Shown one piece after another: positions 60,682 through 64,000 of a stretch of DNA of 64,000 bases (the stretch's first letter is position 1; each line of letters starts with the position of its first letter). The DNA is from Paraphysomonas bandaiensis (Eukaryota > Protista > Chrysophyceae): assembly GCA_965644295.1 (NCBI GenBank), contig CBFFRP010000119.1:62001-126000 (forward strand). The letters are read 5' to 3'. Below the pieces are notes generated by a model. That model did not search any database. It was not told where the DNA came from and saw nothing but the letters and a program-made list of their open reading frames with translations. Made by a program: the position numbers and the translations under genes.

Positions 60682-61932
60682 AGTTATGTGCGTTCTATGC
60701 TCTCTTGTGCAGTAGGTGCGCAGTGCTCTCTATGTATGCTGCATATCAACAGCAATGATGTCGATGTTGTGTGCACTCCTGTCTGTATATGTATGTGTAT
60801 ATGAACTGCTGCTTGTGCTGGAATGACACGCAACTACACCATACACCGTATTACATGCCTACCCAGTAAAATACTGTTGTATACACAGCCAGCGGTTGAG
60901 AGTGCCGTATTGTGTCGTATATATACACTGTATATACACCAGAATACGCATGTAGAGGCCTATCGCGTGGAGGCCTCAAGGCAGATTACTTCAACTAGTT
61001 TCTCTCTGTCGTCGTTCTCATTCTAATGAGCGTCAACTTCTTTCGTAGCCACTGCTGGTTCATATGCACCGCATCATCCGAACATATTTTCGTGTTCTGA
61101 AGTGCGTCGCTAAAACTGACGCGAAATACTTCTGTTCGTGTGTGTGTCGGTGTTGAAGTCATGTGTAGTCACTCCAAACGAACGGGACCTGATTAGCACA
61201 TGCCACCATGAGATTTTATTTCATTCGCGATCATGCCGCGAGTATCATCATAACTTCACCAAGATGAGGTTGCTGCTGTCCGGACTAATCCCACACGACT
61301 GACATACTTTGAGAGCTGCTCTATGGGGGAGCGGGATAATTATTCCACAGAAAAATGTAAATGTGTCCATATATGTGCCAAGGACTCACCTCAGATAACC
61401 AAACGACGACGCTGACTAATGTAAAGCGATACACAGTATTCTATGGTGCTACAGGGAAAGGCGAACCTATAAACTATGCATCATTATTGTTCTATTCATA
61501 TTGAAGACTGTCTGTACTCTAATTGAAGGTGGGTACTCTATGTTATATAGTGCCCACCATACTGCACTATTTATGTATGTTTTTAGACTATTTTATCGTG
61601 AGTGTGTAAATATTCATCATATGATAATATTGATGCATTTGTATGTAGATATATGAAAGTATAATAATACACCTCACAGACTGATATATATGTATATTTG
61701 CGTTGTGTTATCAGTTACAACAGTGCCAACTTGATAAACCATTTACAAAGTAGAAACACTATTTCTACTTTGAATGATATACTTTGTTTGAACTCTTGTT
61801 TATCTGTGTTACAAGATCTTTATTTTCACTGCACTCATGGTTGCATGAAAGTAGCTAGCTCCCATGTTGAGTTATGTAGTGTGATATGCATTGTGCTATT
61901 GGAATGAGTTAGTGGTGTACAATAGGTGAAAT

Positions 61933-63694
61933 CAGGGCTAGGGAACAATATATTGAATTGCAATATATTGTGTTGAAAGTCTTATTATTAGCAATATATT
62001 GATTAGTGCACCGGCCAAAGATTCCATCAATACTGTTTCTGTTAAAGTAGCTCACAATACTATTGCAATCAATATTATGATTGCCACATACGAAAAGATT
62101 CTCAAGTATAGGATGCAAAATATACGCATGTACATAAATATCCCTAAAAATAAGAAAAAACCCTATTTTTATATTATTTATTGGTTTTTACGTATCGCTT
62201 GCTCTGCACTCTCTATACATGTACACTACCTATCTTAATATAATGTACTCCTGTATTATGTATCATATATCTATCCCATATATCATACTGAATACTGACA
62301 AGAAGTGACGCCTGAACGATGAGTACTTAAAAAAGTAGAGATATTCACAGCTGTTTTCGGAGTCCGACTTAAGACTTAATCTCACTGTCAATGAGCTCAT
62401 ATGTAGCAAAGAGATGTGACAAAACTTGATGAAGCAGAAGATCCCTCATTCGACAAGCAGACCTAATGAGTTTAAGAGTGCTTCCTTGCTACGTGGCTCT
62501 CTATCTTCAGGTTGTGCTCAAGTGGTTGTATAGAAGAGACCCTGTATTAGGAATTAGAGGCCACCGGATGTAGTGACTGATATGATTTTTACTGCTCGAC
62601 AAAATTCCGATATCACTGCCCTACTGCTCGACGACTTGAGAAATGTACCTCCAATACATATGAACGCCTGTTCAGCGCAGCTTGACTTATTAACTCAGTA
62701 GTGCTACAAGAAAATATGCACCCTACTACACTTGATATTATGATGTTGTTTGTGAAACACTTGTTGTGGCCGGATGCATATTTCAATTATTTTTGAATGA
62801 ATGTGGTGATAATAATACATCACCAATGATGGTTCAGAGAATGAGTAGGAGGAGAGTTGTGACTAGCTAAGCAGTATAGGTAGTCTTTGTCTACTAGCAG
62901 ATAGAGTAGTGTGTTTGGTTATCATGTTATCTTAATGACTAGTATTGAATATGGAATCTACGCAGGTGTGTATAACTGCTAACTAACGATACTACTACTA
63001 TGTTGCAATACCCTAAACAAAAGTCGGACTCGCACCTTTTCGTGGTGTTCTGGGGGATAATAATAAGTACCGGGAAAACTAACGTGAGCCGCAAACATAG
63101 GCAGCATATATTTTTCTGCCCACTCATAGCGAATGCTTGTGTGGTACATGGGACACCAATAAAAGGGTCACTTGTGTATACGTCTTTGGGCCTTGACGAA
63201 TAAACATGCATCCGGGAATGGGCCCACCTCAAGGGCATCCGGGACAGGGCCCACCTGAAGGGTAACTAGGGTATCGGGCTGCCTGCTGAATTCAAGCATC
63301 CGAGATGATGTTCACCATAACCTGAAGTTAGCAGATGTCAACATTCTGCTTGCTCACGGCGTTTGCTTTGAGCGATAGAGAGGAGGTGGTTGCATCTTTT
63401 GGTGCTTGCGGCGACGTAGTACAAGCAGCTTTCATAGCGTTAAATATAGTAGGATAATAGCCATAATAGCCATAGCGTTAAATAGTAGGATATAATAGAG
63501 TTTGTACATAGTCTAGTACTTACGCCTAGCTACTAAACTTGTGCTAATCCTTAGCGCCTATTGCTAAAAATAAGACTTTCAATATATATATAGCAATAGT
63601 ATTGTTGGGTTGTGGTTAAAAAAACTCCATCAAAATTATTGGTGAGACGCTCACTAACAATAGTATTGCAATAATATATTGTTCCCTAGCCCTA
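61933..63694 (+). mobile_element. Non-autonomous hAT element
   Basis: 22-bp TIR YAGGGCTAGGGAACAATATATT; 8-bp TSD GGTGAAAT / GGTGAATT; internal remnant TSNTYERLFSAA (~62650-62680); CAATA subterminal repeats. Confidence 0.82.
63208..63262. repeat. Two-copy 27-bp tandem repeat
   Basis: GCATCCGGGAATGGGCCCACCTCAAGG / GCATCCGGGACAGGGCCCACCTGAAGG. Confidence 0.75.
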
Positions 63695-64000
63695 GGTGAA
63701 TTGGTGTAATGGATGGATGAATATATTATAGTTACGAAGAAAGTAAATTCAGTTACTGATGTGTGTGACTGTATATATATATAATACTCTATATTATAAA
63801 AGGTATATAGCTGAGCCTGCTGGTAACCATCATTACCGTAATGGTAATACCATTATAATTGCCTGGACCTATTTCATTAATTGCCAGGAACTGGGCACCC
63901 AGCCATTCATGGCATTTACTGGTACTTGGTACTTTTGATATATTATGCGATATAGAATTAAGATGTTTTCAGAAATTTTATCTCCTCTATTTTCCGAATT

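Larger units (their letters stand above)
61865..63775 (+). mobile_element. Degenerate Copia-3-family LTR (~61865-61932 + 63695-63775) split by a hAT element
   Basis: TGTTGAGTT..ATTGTGC..GAGTTA and TAAATTCAGTTACTGATGTGTG match 48803-48950. Confidence 0.65.

Noticed and set aside
61080-61340. Possible ancient Copia RNase H remnant (MRFYFIRDH)
   Set aside because: A single short motif without a sustained frame or LTR; too weak to call.

Overview
Eukaryotic nuclear DNA with short (~50 bp) GT-AG introns; a stramenopile-like protist is my inference, not something I can establish. Host genes: a tandem-PH inositol 5-phosphatase, mitochondrial type-II NADH dehydrogenase, a PAPS-transporter-like SLC35B, MIF, an alpha/beta hydrolase, a coiled-coil/UVR-type protein, a DD3-3-like protein, a DCAF8-like WD40 protein, IMP1 peptidase, an M16B core/MPP-alpha-like subunit and a few orphans. 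About half the window is transposable elements. There are two young full-length Copia elements with non-canonical LTR ends (5411-11095, 17114-22620) and a four-level nest at 30347-49154 (hAT remnant > inverted Copia dimer > Gypsy-A > Gypsy-B), plus hAT/MULE non-autonomous elements and solo LTRs. Highlight 1: an unusual Gypsy lineage. Both sub-families have an IFDN reverse-transcriptase motif instead of YxDD, a 14-bp palindrome in place of a tRNA primer-binding site, TG...TA ends and 4-bp TSDs; Gypsy-A also has a CCCH finger in Gag and an in-frame UGA between gag and pol. Highlight 2: a Copia insertion with two inverted 3' LTRs inside one direct 5-bp TSD, fused exactly at the PBS, which looks like an integrated aberrant strand-transfer product. 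All alignments were done by eye; no database search was possible.
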